A DNA stretch of 64,000 nucleotides from contig NC_089313.1 of NCBI RefSeq assembly GCF_036669915.1, positions 5,241,331 through 5,305,330 on the forward strand. Reading direction: 5' to 3'. Position numbers and translations under genes: made by a program. A model generated the notes under the pieces. That model did not search any database and was not told the origin of the DNA. It worked only from the letters and a program-made list of their open reading frames with translations. Source of the DNA: Pocillopora verrucosa. Its lineage: Eukaryota. How positions within the stretch are numbered: the stretch's first letter is position 1; every line of letters starts with the position of its first letter. Of this stretch, positions 1 to 13,970 are shown piece after piece.

Positions 1-1208
1 AGAGGCCAGGTAATCCAAGGCTGGGAGAAAGGACTGCAGGATATGTGTGTTGGGGAGAAAAGAAAACTTAGGGTTCCATCATACCTGGGTAAGTTTTTAC
101 GCGATTGGTATCCACCGCTATAGGTATTTAGCAAATAATGTCCGATCATAAATATCGAAAGAACTTGGCAATTTATCAGAAGGAAGATTTTATGGAAACA
201 TCCCTGTCAGCATTATGTTCCAGTGCTTAGAATGACATATCTTAACAGAAATTTCAAAAAATTCTAGAACGCACAAAGCTGCCTTTGTTATAAATTATGC
301 AAACGTCCACGAGTGCTTTTAAATACGCTACCATCTTCTACGATCTTTGTAAACATTTGTCAAGATGGGGATGACTGAGCACAGAGCCATTACCAATCTA
401 CTTTCCAGCATTCAATACAAATTTTGAAAACAGCAATCAGCAGATATTATCAGAATAAAGCAGATTTGTTGAAATTTCTACGTGTCTTTCTTCAAGTTAT
501 CAGATCATATTTCAACCGAGTCACATAAGCTACAGAGACATCATTGTTACTGTCCTTTTGTGTATCACGCATTCCATGATCTTATGAGTAATTCTCCCAT
601 CTCTGCAATGTATTTGAATGTATTAGTGGGGAGAATTGATATGATGTGGAGGGGGGGGGAGCTTTTGTCATCAAACAGAAGAATATTCTGCTACTTTTTG
701 CTTTGTTCAAGTTTAGAGGGGTTGAAAGTTGCAACTTTTTGCATCCAACTGTTCAGTAGAACCCAGCTAAATTGAACCCGGAGGGGTTCATCGCATATCA
801 GAGAAATTACCCTGTTAATCATTCAAACTGGCATAAATGTGATTTATGTACTGATTTAAATATATTTAATTTTGCACAGGCTATGGAAATGAAGGAGTTG
901 ATGATGTGATCCCTCCAGGGGCTAATCTGCTTTTCGATGTTGAACTAAAGGAAATAAAAAATGATGGAGAAAAAGAGTCCGAGGCTTACCCAAATGTGTT
1001 TAGCATGATTGACAAAGATAAAAACAAGGAACTTAGCATAGAAGAAGTAAAAAAGTATCTAGAGGAACAGGATGGATTCCCAAATGAAGATGATACCCAT
1101 CGTGAAACCATCGTATCAGAAATATTTGAGAATGAAGACAAGGATAAAGATGGTGTTATTTCCCATGAAGAATTTAGTGGCCCAAAACAAGATCATGTTG
1201 AACTATAA
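1..1208 (+). CDS. 3' end of an ER-lumenal FKBP-type peptidyl-prolyl isomerase with a C-terminal EF-hand pair (FKBP7/9/10/14-like); partial, the gene starts upstream of the window
   Basis: Exon 1..88 translates in frame 1 as [30 protein letters not shown], the FKBP-domain C-terminus, ending at donor G|GTAAGT at 89. An acceptor (ttttgcacag) at 878-879 opens exon 880..1208, which encodes [25 protein letters not shown] followed by two EF-hand-like loops ([12 protein letters not shown] and [12 protein letters not shown]) and ends ...KQDHVEL then TAA (1206-1208). HVEL resembles an HDEL/HEEL ER-retention signal. AATAAA at 1330-1335. Confidence 0.8.
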
Positions 1209-1329
1209 GCAAAATATATTTATATTTTAGTACCTTCCTGTCATAATCTGCCATTGACAGATATCTATTGAAATGCATGAAAAATTTAGAAATTTGTCTT
1301 TTAGTTTTGAAGTATTGCCAAGATCTACA

Positions 1330-1335
1330 AATAAA
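1330..1335 (+). terminator. FKBP-like gene polyadenylation signal AATAAA, about 120 nt after the stop codon
   Basis: ctacaAATAAAatgggtc. Confidence 0.5.
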
Positions 1336-2613
1336 ATGGGTCATTATTTTTATTGTTTTGTACCTTACAATTTATTTACAAGATGATGTTGCTTAGAGGA
1401 GTTGACCCTTTCCCATCACCTAGTGATCAAGACATAATTTCTCCCTACAATTTCAATGCTATATCACATACAGAAGTGATGAGAATGAAGTGAAATATCA
1501 ACTAGGGGATTACTTTTTGATCTGATGCCAAATTCTCTGAACTAAAATCATGGAAAATGTATATCACACTCGAAGGGAGAATTTCTAATTGAGATCTTGG
1601 GATTGAAAGGTATAAATGGGATAAATGTAGCCAAACTGGGTGTTGATTCACTGGTGTTTTGGGCAAGTGCAAAGGGCAATTTTGGGTCTGTTGTACAAGT
1701 AAGAGTTTGGAATTTCTTGTACAAAGGGACTTCATCCCCTAATTTCTGAGAATGCAGTTTATTCAGTTAGCTACCTAACAACTGTATCACTAAATCACTA
1801 CCTCACTACATCACTCTCTCATGGACTGTTTATTTTGATACAGATTAAATATATATAATCATTAACTCAACATCAAATTGGAAATTTTGCAACAGTTCAG
1901 GTGACAAATTGCCCCTAAACAGTTTATGTAAACTTCTTGTGAGCAGAGTGATTCAGCCAGTTTAGAAACCATCTTAAAATATGCTCATTAGGAAAATTTT
2001 CACACTCAAAGTTCTCTTGGACCTTAAAAATTTTTGATCAAAAAACATGCTTCAACTCCAGTCATGCTCTGATTTGTATATCTTTGAACTTTCCTGCCCT
2101 TCAAACTGCAAAAAAATGTGTCCTCTCCAGCATGCATGTGTCCTAACATCTTCTACTCCTTATAAATACAGGCAACTGACTAACTAATTCTTTTGTAAAA
2201 AATACTATTGGAAAATTTCTGAGGGTTAACACTTCTTGCTCTAAGAAAAGAGAATTGTTTTCTCAAGATTTCAATTGGATGTGAAATTTTGACTTCAGAG
2301 GTATTCATCAGAAAAATTGCATGAAAGCAAAAAGAATCAAGATCTTTAGATTTCTTTAAAATGAGCTTTTGCAATTCTTCCAGGTAAACTGCAAAAAGGA
2401 AATTCTGCCTTACACAAATTCTGGCCCCAGCAAAGCCTGAGTTCCTTTTTACAGCAATAATTTCTTTCATTGAAGTTTACCTTTGAATAAGATCAATTTG
2501 TCACACATCCACAGGACCTGGTTTAAATATTATTTATTTCATATATTATTCTTGAAAAGTATGTGCAAACCTGTATGTGCCTCATATCTAAATTAACTAA
2601 AGAATAATTTGGA

Positions 2614-2824
2614 TTAACCCTTCACACCCTAACATCAGTATGCATATTCTCCATACTGTTCCCTATACATTTCCTAAGGGCCTAGCAAGGAGAACGTGTT
2701 CAACAATCACAAGCTTTTTCACTTGGTGATCATTTCCTCATTCTTATGACCTTCACATTGAATTTAGGGATGATATTGCAAGGAGAGACTGAATGTTGGT
2801 CACTCTTAGGGGTTGAAGGGCTAA
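2614..2824. mobile_element. piggyBac-like MITE, subfamily B (TTAACCCTTcACACCCTAACATCAGTAT ... GTCACTCTTAGGGGTTGAAGGGcTAA), about 210 bp
   Basis: Same TTAACCCTT terminus as subfamily A but a different interior (the catattctccatactgttc...ttagttggtgatcatttcc core). Further copies in either orientation: 3950-4155, 5150-5450 (composite), 6815-7015, 9708-9905, 15750-15960, 16258-16470, 23240-23330 (fragment), 29018-29205, 30763-30955, 37370-37420 (fragment), 48410-48615, 48703-48890, 51176-51378, 52570-52627 (fragment), 56833-57047, 61070-61245, 63888-64000 (cut by window end). Confidence 0.8.
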
Positions 2825-3015
2825 CATACTTAGAGAGTGCTCTTGTAACGTAAATAAAATTCCTCAAAACAATTTCCTAATCGTTTCAAATCTACGTAAA
2901 AAACCATATTTAAAAAAAACAAAAAAAAAAGAAGCACGTATGATGTTTATCCTTCTGTGTTGAAAAAATAGTCATACATTCCATGTTGCAATAGGAATGG
3001 CTGGTTATCTACAAT

Positions 3016-6000
3016 TTAGCTCCAAACATCGACCGAGTATCTTCCCTTTGCACTGAGTTTCTTTACATAATCAGCTGCCTCATTTTCAGACATGCTACCA
3101 TTTTCCTTGACGATTGTCAGCAGTATGTTGTGCACATCACGTGCCATGTTTCGAGCATCACTAAAATAAAGAAGTCGAATAGTTAAACTAGTTAAACTGA
3201 ACAGAGCCACTGCAACATTGACTCTATTTGTTTCATATGATGAAAAAAGAAAATTGTTTTTAATGGTGAGATTATCTATGCATCTTTCCTCCAATAGATC
3301 ATGAGTAAGAACCAATCAAAATGCCTGTGTAATAACTTATAATAATAGAAATATATAAATACTAATAATAACTAATAACAAATAATAGAGATCTGTAAAT
3401 TACTATACATATAATTTGAAACAACACCCTAAAATGCTCCTTTCATTGGCCAATCTTTGTAAGTGTAATTTCACCAATGCAAGCTTGAGCTGAGAAAAGT
3501 TACCATAGATTGTCTTTGGTAGTTTTTATCAAATCTTCTCTTGTCATCAGTTATTCATAGTTTGTTGAGGAAAATCATTTTGTTTTCAAAATTGTACCCA
3601 ACTCCAACTGATTCCCAAATTTGTGTGGTCTATTTATATAAAAAAGCTTTGACATCAGGTCCAACTTCTTAGAATTACAGTACTTTGATTTGCTGATTTT
3701 TCATTTTGAGTTGATTTGCTTTTTCTCAAACTGTGATATCACTCAAATAAAAGTTCCTTACCCACAAACGTAGATGTGGCCTCCACTATTTAATATGTTC
3801 CAAATATTCTCCTTATTCTCTGTCATTTGATTGGTAACATAGACCTTCTTCTCCTGTAAATATAACAAAGTGAAAAAAACATTACACCAAGCTGCTCTCC
3901 TTGGCTGCACTCAGCATATGAGGATAAGCAACCAGTCTTGTTCTTTGACCTTTTGACCCTTAAGAGTGATTATTGTCTAATTTCTCCTCACAATATCACC
4001 CTTGAATCAATCAATCACGTCACAAGAATAAAGGAAATGATCACCAACTAAAGAGGCTCTGCTTACAAAACAGATTCTCCTTATCAGCACCTTAGCAAAT
4101 GTATAGAGAAGAGTACAGAGAATATGTATACTGACGTTGTGATGTAGCAGTTTAAATACCTCTAATGAGTTTGTGTAAGGTAAATTAGCCTAATCGACAT
4201 AAGACAATAGACAGCACCATAATAAGAAATTACCTGATCTCTGGAAAAAGCCACATGCAATTTTGAAATGGTACCATCTTGTGTATATGATGACAGCTCA
4301 TCCTCATAGATGTAGTCTTCACTTTTTTTGCGGCAGCCAAAGAACAACTCCATGTTACCAATTTGTTTTCCTGAAGAAAAAAGGTTGCCACTTCCTCAGT
4401 TAACATAGTCTTAAGACAGACATATCTAATTAACCCCTAAACTTCCAATTTTAAGTTATTAACATGTAACTTCTTCCCATAATATCTATACATTATGCAG
4501 CAAACAGATAATGAGAATTCTCAAACTAATCAAAAAGAATTTATCTCGGTCCAACATCAAATTCTTGTAACGAATTTACAAGGATATTTGTAGCAGCTGG
4601 AGAGGAAAATAAACAATTAGATCTTGGGAGTGAAAGGGCTAATCATTCAATATGATCAGTTGAATTGTTTTGGTGATAGTTCCCAAGATAAACCATTAAG
4701 CAACTGTTAAAGATGGATTTTAACCTTGCAGTTGTCATGACAGAGTGTAGCAAGTACAGCTGTTTATAAAATAATTCAAATAGTATGCGTGCTCTGATTG
4801 GCCATAAAACCATTTTACATGAGCATATGTAAATATGGTTTTTGTTCCTCTTTCATTAGTTATTTTATAAAAGACCGCTTCGCGTCGTGGTTTCCTACAC
4901 TTATCTCGTGTTCTCCCAACCTCCTGCATGTTTACATCAGGCTATGTAAACACGGAAACCATTTTACATTTCTTCAATATCACATCACTCAGACAAAAAG
5001 ACTGATGCAACTCACTAGACAACAAAATTATATAATCTTTATGTTTGGGAACATTAAGTTGATTGTTTCTAACCAACTGGAAACTAGCAGTCTATGCATA
5101 ACAAAATCATAATCAACTGAAGACAGTTACTCCATTGTCTTAGAAGGTCAGGCTAACCCTTTCACTCCCATGAACCCAGAGCTCTTGCTCCAGAGTCCAC
5201 AGCCCTGACCTAATAGTAGGTGTTCATTAACCCTATATACCCTGAGAGTGATAAGCATCTAATTTCTCCTTGCTGTATCACCCCTGAATCACTCATTAAG
5301 GTCACAAGAATAAAGAAAATGATCACCAACTAAAGAAGCTCTTGATTGTTAAACAAATTCTCCTTGTCAGCACCTTAAGAAATGTATAGAGAACAGTATG
5401 GAGAATATGCATACTGATGTTAGGGTGTAACGGGTTAATCTTTCCAGCATAGAGCAACAAGTTACTGACCATTCTGTTTCTGGACATGCCTATCCTGTAT
5501 AAATCCTCTGAAAGGGGCAAAGCCAGTTCCAGGGCCCACCATGACAACAGGGGTCACTGATTTGAATGGTAGACGAAACTGTGTTTTACGAACAAAGATA
5601 GGTACACAAACATTTTCCAGGTCTGCAACAAAATAACAAATTTTTTGCGTAAGCATAGAGTAAATGGTATCAGATTTGGGGAGAGAGATGTTTCTCAGAA
5701 ATTTTCCACCAATAATTTTTTTGAAAGGTTTTAACTTTTGGCATATTCTGGAAATCAGTTAGTTCAGGAAAAGATCTGAAGTAGCCAAGGCTTAGAAGAA
5801 AAAATTCATACAATAACTGAAGGAATTGTGATGATCTTGATAATGGACTTTTGACACTTGGTAAGATAGTCCCTAAGGTAGTATAACCAACCATGTTAGA
5901 GTGCTTGGGCACTTTTACACTCTTTTCGTTCCTACACCTTTTCAGTGTTTCTCACAACTAGACTTTAATCCATTAAATGATAATATGGTTTAATTTACAT

Positions 6001-9000
6001 TACCCTGAGGCTTCTTGGTGGCAAGCCAGTTAGTAGCAACACCTTTCTGTACTCGACCAGTGGATGTGTTCCACCTTACAAGTACAGCAGTGATGTGAAT
6101 TGAGGTGGGATACATCTACAAGAAAATTAACATGCAAACTTTGCAGGTTAGCTCAAGTCCTCAATTGCAATAGCAAGTTATTCTTGAAAAAAATGTCTAC
6201 TATATACAATTTGGCAAGCATTACTTTTTTAAAAGGTACATATCAGAAAGTACATGCCCAAGCCATGTTATGTAAGGTAGGTGCGAAATGACTACAATTC
6301 TCTGTCAACGAACCCCTTCCCCCCCATAAACATACTAGTAACTTTAACATCGATACAATGAAAATTGTACATTAACATAATGCAAATACAATTAATTAAT
6401 AGAGACAATCTCTACTAATGATAAGTACTTCAAATGCAAATGTTTGTTATTTTACCTTTGGTGATGATGATATCGAGTAGTAACGGCACTGCAATCGAGG
6501 TAAAAGCTCCAACAAGTGATCAAGAGGTGGCTTGAGAGAGGAAAGATCTTCTAAGACAGCTACAACATGCCGGTGTGGAGTAAGAACCCAATCTTGATAT
6601 TGTTTCTATTGAGAAATAAAAATTTTACAAATACCTTTTCAACCTTTGCAAGCAATCAACTATTTCTATTTAGCTTTATTCACTATAAGTAAAGGCTGAA
6701 TGAATGCAAGTAGGTTTAACATTTCCCAGTCAAACACTAAAATATTTTTTTATTGTATGAATGGAGGTATAGGATACACCCCAGTCAAATAGAGAATGAG
6801 TAATCCTTACAACCTTGTAACTCTTTACCCAAGAGTGACTAACATCTAATTTCTCCTCACAATATCAGCCCAGAATCACACATTAGGGTCACAAGAATAA
6901 ACAAAATGATCACCAACAACAAAAGATCTTGACTGTTAAACAAATTCCCTTTGTCGGTACCTTAGGAAATGTAAAAAGGAACAGCCTGGAGAATTTGTAT
7001 AAGGTGTAATCAGGGGATGATTACAATTCATTCCAAGGTGCGAAAAAAAAGAAAACCTACCTTTGCCTCCTCTGTTGTATCAGTAATGTTCATGAGGAAC
7101 TCCTTGTGTTCAAAATCCTTGGCATATTCTGCTAGTTCTCTCAACACGTGAGTCTTTACTACACTGGCAATGTCTACATAGTGCAGCAAGGCAGTGCGAT
7201 ATGTTGTGGGGCAAGGAAAAGGATGTTTCTTAGGTGAGTCCTCTGAAAACATAAGAATCACAGCAAGTTTATTGTGAGTGTAAATGACGTTATCATTAAC
7301 CTATAGATGATATGCAGCAGGGCAGGGAAATGTGTTGTGGGGCAAGAAAAAGGATGTTTCCTAGGTGAGTCCTCTGAAACATAAACAATTACAGCAAGTT
7401 TACTATGAGTATAAATGATGTTGCCGTTAACCTATTAATGACATGCAGCAGGGCAGTGTGATATGTTATGGGGCAAGGAAAAGGATGTTTTTTAGGTAAG
7501 TCCTATGAAACATAACAATAACAGCAAGGTTATTGTTTGTATAAATAATGTTACCATAACATATAAATGACATTACCATTAACCCTTTAACTCCTATGAG
7601 TGACCAAGACAGAATTTCTCCTCACAAAATCAAAACAATATCAAGCAGAAAAGTGATGAGAATAAAGAAAAATATTAATTACAAATAGGGGATTCTTAGT
7701 TGATCCAATAACAAATTCTCCAAAATAACATCACAAGAACTATATGGCTGACAATAAGGAGAATTATTAATGGGATCTTGGGAGTTAAAAAGGGTCCACA
7801 ACATCTTGCTTTTTTATCATGGAAAACAAGTAGATTCCATTTTGCCATGGGTCTGTACCATAACAGATCACAGAAAATGTGAAAATGTTGTAATAACACC
7901 AGTGACACACTCAGCTGTGCTTCATATGCCACTCTTTTGTTCTTAATGCAATTTGACATCATCTGAGATCTATTACTGAACAGATGCACAGCAACATGGA
8001 ATCCATCTGTTACAATACTCCATCCATTTGCTATCTGCAATGAGGATTTGACACGGAGGCTGCAAGTAGTATCGAGGAAAGGGGGAGGAAATCTCTGAAG
8101 TTTTTTGCTCATAAATTCAAACAAGTAATATCAAACCATAACCAGCAAGAAGTAACAAAATTGAGATTTTAGAGAGGGTTGTAAAGCGAAGCAATTTCGT
8201 ATGCCTTTAAATAAATTAAAAGGATACGACATTGCTGCATCTCACAACCCACAACTGCACATAAAGATCATTCAAAATAGTTGGGCTCGTAAAGATATAC
8301 TGGGGTGTCATAAATGCAAACAAATAATATCAAACAAGCAAGAAGTAACAAAATTGCAATTTTAGAGAGGACTGTAAAGCGCAGCAATTTCATATGCCTT
8401 CAAATCAATTTAAAGGATATGACATTGCTGCATCTTACAATCCACAACTGCACATAAAGATGTCCATCAAAATATTTGTGCTTGTAAAGATATACCAGCA
8501 GGGGTAAAAGATAATCTTAGACCACAATAGACTATTTAAATGATTCTCTTTCCCAGTGTCTTAAGACTGATAATCCAATGATTCGTAACCCTTGAAATTA
8601 AATCTCAAAGGCTATGATATCATAAGACTTTCCTGCCTAAAAACGATCCATGAAGATGTTGCCCTCAATGTTCTTCCTCTGATACTACAAGTATCAGATA
8701 TGTTGGTTGAAGGAAGAGTGCTCAGTCATTAATCTTTCTGACAAGTTCTTAGCATGCCTATGAGTACATGATAACTTATCTTTAGAATAGGCAAAGATAT
8801 TTGCTTAGTTAGTCAAGGGCATGTGTCTTCATCCTTTAGCTCCTAGAGGTGATTAACATCTTATTTCTCCCTTTGATATATCTTACAACATCCATCACAC
8901 AGTTACCGGTCATAGGAATACTCTAACTTATCAGGTAAAAGTTATTTTCTTGACCTAACACCAAATTCATGTAACTAATTTACAAGGGAACATGAAGTAG

Positions 9001-12000
9001 CTAGAGGGGAGAATTCTCAAGACATGTAACTTTAAACTTGATATAGAAAATAAAAAATAAAATTTACCAGCACTGCAACACTTTGAATAAATAAAAAACA
9101 ATTTTAGCACTAGGAGAGTTTTAAAAAGTCAACAATTTTGCTTCATCAAAGTATTTTTATCTTTCTAGAAAAACTACGGGAGTTAACTTTCAATCCTACT
9201 TCAGGGCGTGAAACACGCCCGATACAGGCGCCAATGCGACTAAATTTTTCCACTTTGGCTACCAACCTGAAAATTAGCCGCCAAATTGGCGACTAGAATG
9301 TTTCATAATAACTTTACCAAGAGATATAGTGAATTAAAAAGATTTGCAAAGATAAATCCGCGGCAAACTTCCTCGTTAAGTTTGTTTCCAAAACGCAGCA
9401 CATGCATCTCGATCGATAACTAGACGCCATCTTGGATTAAGGTGAGCTTGAACGTTGTATACCATCCATCCTAGTGTCCACTTGTAGCACGTGAAAGATC
9501 ATTTCCTTAACTTAATTTTGGAGGGTCTATCTAGAACGCTGACAGCGTAAAAAAGGTCTTGTTTGTCTTTGAAAGTGGCGACTAAATTTTTTTGAATTGG
9601 CTACCACTTTGAAGAATTTAGGAGCCAAGTGGCTTTCAGAAAAAAAAAATTAATTTCATGCCCTGTACTTTGCTTGATCGCATGAGCCACAAAGATCATC
9701 CCTTGACCCTTAACAGAGACTAGCATCTAATTTCTCCTTACAATATCACCCCTGATTCACACATTAGGGTCACAAGAACAAAGGAAATTTTCACAAATGA
9801 AAGACACTCTTAATTGTCAAACAAATTCTCCTTGTCAGCACCTCAAGAACGTATGGAGAACATTAAGGAGAATATCCACTCTGATGTTAGGGTACAAAGG
9901 ATTACTGAAAAGTACTACTTAAGCAGTAGTGTCACTTTTTATCATGGAAAACAAACTTTTGACTGAATTCAATTGTGTTGATCAATGCTGGGAACCAAAG
10001 AAAGCAAAGGTGACAAGGAGTTTTGATAGAATTTCAGTAGTTGTATATTAATTAACTTCTCACCATCTGTATTGTTCAGTGAAACCACTGCGTCAAGATC
10101 CACATTCAAGAGGTTTCCTAGTTTCTCCACAAGTTCTGGATCATTCATGGGATAAACAGCGACATGGTCTCCCGCATCATACCTTGGTTGAATAACAGAT
10201 TCTAATTAAGAACATGCCAAGGAGAGCAAGAGAGCAACACATTCTATGAAGGAGTTTGCACATTCATGGCCTCTTTCTGACCACTCTAACCCTAATACTG
10301 ACTGTTGGCTTCATTGATCTGCCAATATGGGTTTGTAAGGAATACCTTTGCTTTATCCCATAGCAACTACTAGTCATTTATAACAATAGGCTTTCATGTA
10401 TAAGAGCAAAAGCGGAACACATATCTTAAAAAATGCACGTACAAGTTAATGATAGAAAACATACTTGATCTTGGAGCCAGTGATATCAAGTTCAATGTGC
10501 ATACAGGATCGTTCACCAGCTTTGTGCAGTTCCCGATTCACTAGAACCTTAGCCATGAATGGGTTCTTAGCATCAAAGGGCCTGAAAACAAGAACAGATT
10601 ATCCATAAGCTTTGAGCCATTAACTCTAACATCAAGCTCATCATTTAAGAACAGACTGCAACAAAATTATGACCAATTTCCTGTCTGCACTTACGGTCTT
10701 TGAGTGATGTACGATTTCAGTTTATTCATTTCTCCAGTATAAATTTTGTCCTCTGGAAAATCCTTAAGAACTTCAAGTCTGAATTGTCGATCAATACAAG
10801 AAGATAGTCTCCTGAAAAATATAAATTACATACATAAGTTATGTCAGATAAAGTATATCGTTTTCCCATTTTTAAGAAGGGGGTTTGGGGTCAGGGTTGT
10901 TTCTGCTGAATCAAACATCTCCCAATTAAAGATATCTGGAGTTTGACAATTTTGTGGTACTTGGTACCTAAGACATATTTGACAGTTTTTTAATTTTTTA
11001 AAGCATCAAAAGGTTACCCCCAGAGTCATGAGTCATTTTGGGCAATGAGGTGCAACTGCTACTGGAGAGCACATCTTATAACCCTCACACTGAAAAGCGT
11101 CACCCAAAAAAAAATCTCAAAAAACAAAAAAAAGTATAATATTACAGACATAACAAACAAATTTGTTCTAGTAGAAATTTACCTCTTGATTTCTCTGACA
11201 TCAATGTTATATTTGCTTAAAACTGCAGGCCAGAATGCTTCTCTCCATCGTACAAAGTCTTCTTCCAAACTTAGAAAATAAAAACATTATTAGCTAAGAT
11301 ACGGGACAAAAGGCCTCAGGGCCTGACCATTTGTTATTTTTGCTCTAGAACAGAATACAATTAGTAGTAACTAGTTTACTAGCACCCCCCATGTATAAAT
11401 TTGTATGCAAGGATAACTTTCTGCTCTCTTTTGAACTTACTTTCCATCATCATCTCCCTCTCCCTTCTCAAATACTCTTACAGCCCCCATCTCTTCCAGC
11501 CGTTTGTCCACAAATCTCCCCATTGCATTGTAATGTTCATAGGTTTTATTACCAAGGCCAAAGACCTAATATTCAGAAAAATAATTAGGAACAGACTAGC
11601 TAGATTAATGGTACTAATAAAACCACTTGTAATAGTTAACTAGCAGAACTTTTCCTTAATCTAGAACATCTCTCCCATCTTTTTACTCATTCTTAAGATC
11701 CATTTGTTAAGTGTTCCTTGACTTGACGAGGAATCTGAGAGATTTTTCTCTAAAAATCAACCATCCTCCCATTTCCAACAAAAACATGCAGGTCTGCTCT
11801 TTTCATTTTATACATTATTTCAGTTTTTATTATGTAATTAGCTTGATCAATGCAACTATCAGTGGTTTGCCCCAAGATACGAGGGGATGGGGAGATTGGC
11901 CACCCACACAAAATTGACCAAGAGGGCCCCCTGAGTAGGAATTTTGGTATTTATGGACCACCTCAGGGTCAGGAATTTGACCTGGCTGCCATCTTGGAAG

Positions 12001-13970
12001 GCTGGGTGAAACTGGAAATCGAAGTCATTTGCCATCTTAGAAGTTACCCTACAAAATTTGTTTATTGAAATTGGTATACAATCTCTCTGGACCCTAGGAA
12101 TGGAATTTCAATATATAATGGATACCTATGAGTAAGAAAATTGATTTTGAAAACTTGAAAATGTCAATTCCCCTCCCCCTCCTCATCCTGAGGCAAACCA
12201 TCAACAGGTGCATACAGTCCAACCTCATTATCCGCACTCATTGGGACTAGACCAAATAGTCCTGATAATCAAGTGACCCGATAATCAAGAATATGAATAT
12301 TAGTGAGGAACAAACATTTGTGATGCTGTGTAGCTTGTTTATCTTGCATAACATACCAAACGAGCTAATAGAGCTTGAAATCTCACTTAACAACAAAGAA
12401 ACTCAAAGCCAATCAGACTGAGGGCTGCTTTTTATTTTAGAAAGCAAAACAAACTCGCCTTTACTTCACTTTTCAACACTGTAGTTTTAAAAAGAATATG
12501 GCTATGAATCTTGATCATGACCAATAAATATTCATAACCAAATTAGGGCCAGAGGAAAAGTCCAGATAATCGAAGTTCAACTGTAATACACACAGCCTGA
12601 AATGTACACCCTGTAATCATGGTTACATTCTATAGTTCCCACAGTATCCCTATCAATTGTGTTTGAGAATTATTGTTCTCCTTCGGATGCTTACTGCATA
12701 ACTAAGGCAATCCAGGTCATCCCTGTCATTCTGTAACCATTCATAGAACTCCTGAGCATTATCTGTAGGATCTCCTTCACCATATGTAGCCATAACAAAT
12801 ATCGCCATTGAATTCTCTATTTCTCCCATGCGAGCAAGTTCCTCCTATAGAAACAAACATATTCATTTAAAATGAACTTATCATTGAAAATATCAGGAAG
12901 TGTGAATTTCTTTACTCTTTAAATTCCGGAAGTGATTTACATGTAACTTCTCCCTATAATATCCACACATTATCCAGCAAACAGGTAATGAGAATACTCA
13001 AACTTATCAGGTAGAAGTTGTTATCTCCATCTAACCCAAATATTCTTGTAACTAATTTACAAGGAAATGTTCTGGGAGAAAAAACGATCAGATCATTGGA
13101 GTAAGTGGCTCTGCAAAAATGTTACCCCACCAAAACGTGTTTCTCAAATATTATTTTAAACTTACTATGTCACACTCTTCAGGGTCCAAGACAAGAGCTT
13201 TTAATCCATAACGTTGAGCATCTTTTGATAAGCGGCCGGCAAACTCTTCTGCTGTCCCAGTTTGCGAACCATAGAAGATTGCTAATGATTTTCCCTAGAA
13301 AGCGAGCAGAATTTAATACATATTTCCATAACAGTAAATTAATATTTATAGTAACACAACACAGCACTATCATGGCATATTTACTCACAGATTTTTTCAT
13401 TTTTCCAATAAAACTTGTATCATCTTGAGAAATCTTGGTAGTCGGCCTATACAAACAGGAAAAAGCTGCTGAAATTTGAAATTTGGAGACGGAACACTAT
13501 AATTAGGTCTTACGTGCGATTGCAGTTAGCCTTGTCAGCAATTTGTGCCAGCCTACATCTACTGCTACTCCTAAATTCATACGACGCATTAGTAATTAAC
13601 AGAAGTTCGTAAACTCAAAACGTCTTTAAAATATTCCCAGGAGTGCTCCAATAAAAAGAATGACATATGTCAACAACACAAAATGTAAATTGCAACCGGC
13701 TTAAGCTCAAGCAAAACTGCACATATTTCTGTCTGCCACAAGATGAAAAGTTAAAATGAATCTATACTTGAATATCACTGCACCCTAAATAAACAAATTC
13801 AGGGTAATCGGGAAAACTTACGCTAATACCAACTTCTGTGTGAGAGCGGCAGTCTCTGCTTTCTTTTTGCGTCCACAAAACCAATACAATAAAACGCCGA
13901 TGAATGAAGCGAACAGGACGATATCAACCGTTCCAACTAAGGGCTTTTCTGCTACATCAGCTGTAGACAT
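3016..13970 (-). CDS. POR: NADPH-cytochrome P450 reductase (CPR/POR), complete CDS of about 673 aa in 16 coding exons
   Basis: Minus-strand exons as plus coordinates: 13822..13970 (ATG at 13970-13968; [37 protein letters not shown] membrane anchor), 13389..13446, 13166..13294 ([30 protein letters not shown] flavodoxin/FMN motif), 12695..12844 ([20 protein letters not shown]), 11441..11565 ([16 protein letters not shown]), 11183..11269, 10695..10811, 10465..10581, 10064..10182 ([11 protein letters not shown]), 7061..7242 ([15 protein letters not shown]), 6456..6605 ([16 protein letters not shown]), 6004..6115 (GVATNWL), 5470..5622 ([39 protein letters not shown]), 4234..4370 ([18 protein letters not shown]...AFSRDQ), 3762..3853 (GGHIYVCG), 3016..3160 (DARNMARDV...[10 protein letters not shown] then TAA at 3018-3016). 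Every junction is GT-AG, and the codon phase is continuous across all 15 introns by exon-length bookkeeping. The translated protein is collinear with vertebrate POR from the membrane anchor to the invariant C-terminal VWS. Confidence 0.9.
7183..7575 (-). repeat. POR: Tandem triplication (period about 131 bp) of the 5' 60 nt of POR exon 10 plus its acceptor and adjacent intron
   Basis: Copy 1 (7183-7312) contains the genuine acceptor and the exon 10 start (AG|GACTCACCTAAGAAACATCCTTTTCCTTGCCCCACAACATATCGCACTGCC). Copies 2 (7314-7443) and 3 (7445-7575) are about 85-90% identical. They retain AG acceptors and in-frame pseudo-peptides ([19 protein letters not shown] and [19 protein letters not shown]) but lack the rest of the exon and any donor. 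Confidence 0.75.
8137..8510. repeat. Tandem duplication, 2 copies of about 170 bp separated by about 30 bp (aagcaagaagtaacaaaattg.gattttagagagg...tgcacataaagat...gtaaagatata)
   Basis: Copy 1 about 8137-8305, copy 2 about 8338-8510, roughly 85% identical; inside the large POR intron 9. Confidence 0.6.

Noticed and set aside
7696-8124. 142-aa minus-strand ORF containing DGFHVAV, which superficially resembles the POR FAD-domain motif GDHVAV
   Set aside because: The genuine POR exon with [11 protein letters not shown] is at 10064..10182 and keeps splice phase with its neighbours. This ORF overlaps a MITE (7573-7795), has no flanking splice sites in phase, and the rest of its translation matches nothing. 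Likely a chance or repeat-derived ORF.
9170-9660. Region with internally repeated gcgactaaattttt...ttggctacca blocks, examined as a possible tRNA or SINE
   Set aside because: No cloverleaf-compatible sequence and no GGTTCGANTCC-type T-loop; no box A/B spacing. Left as unclassified low-copy repeat.
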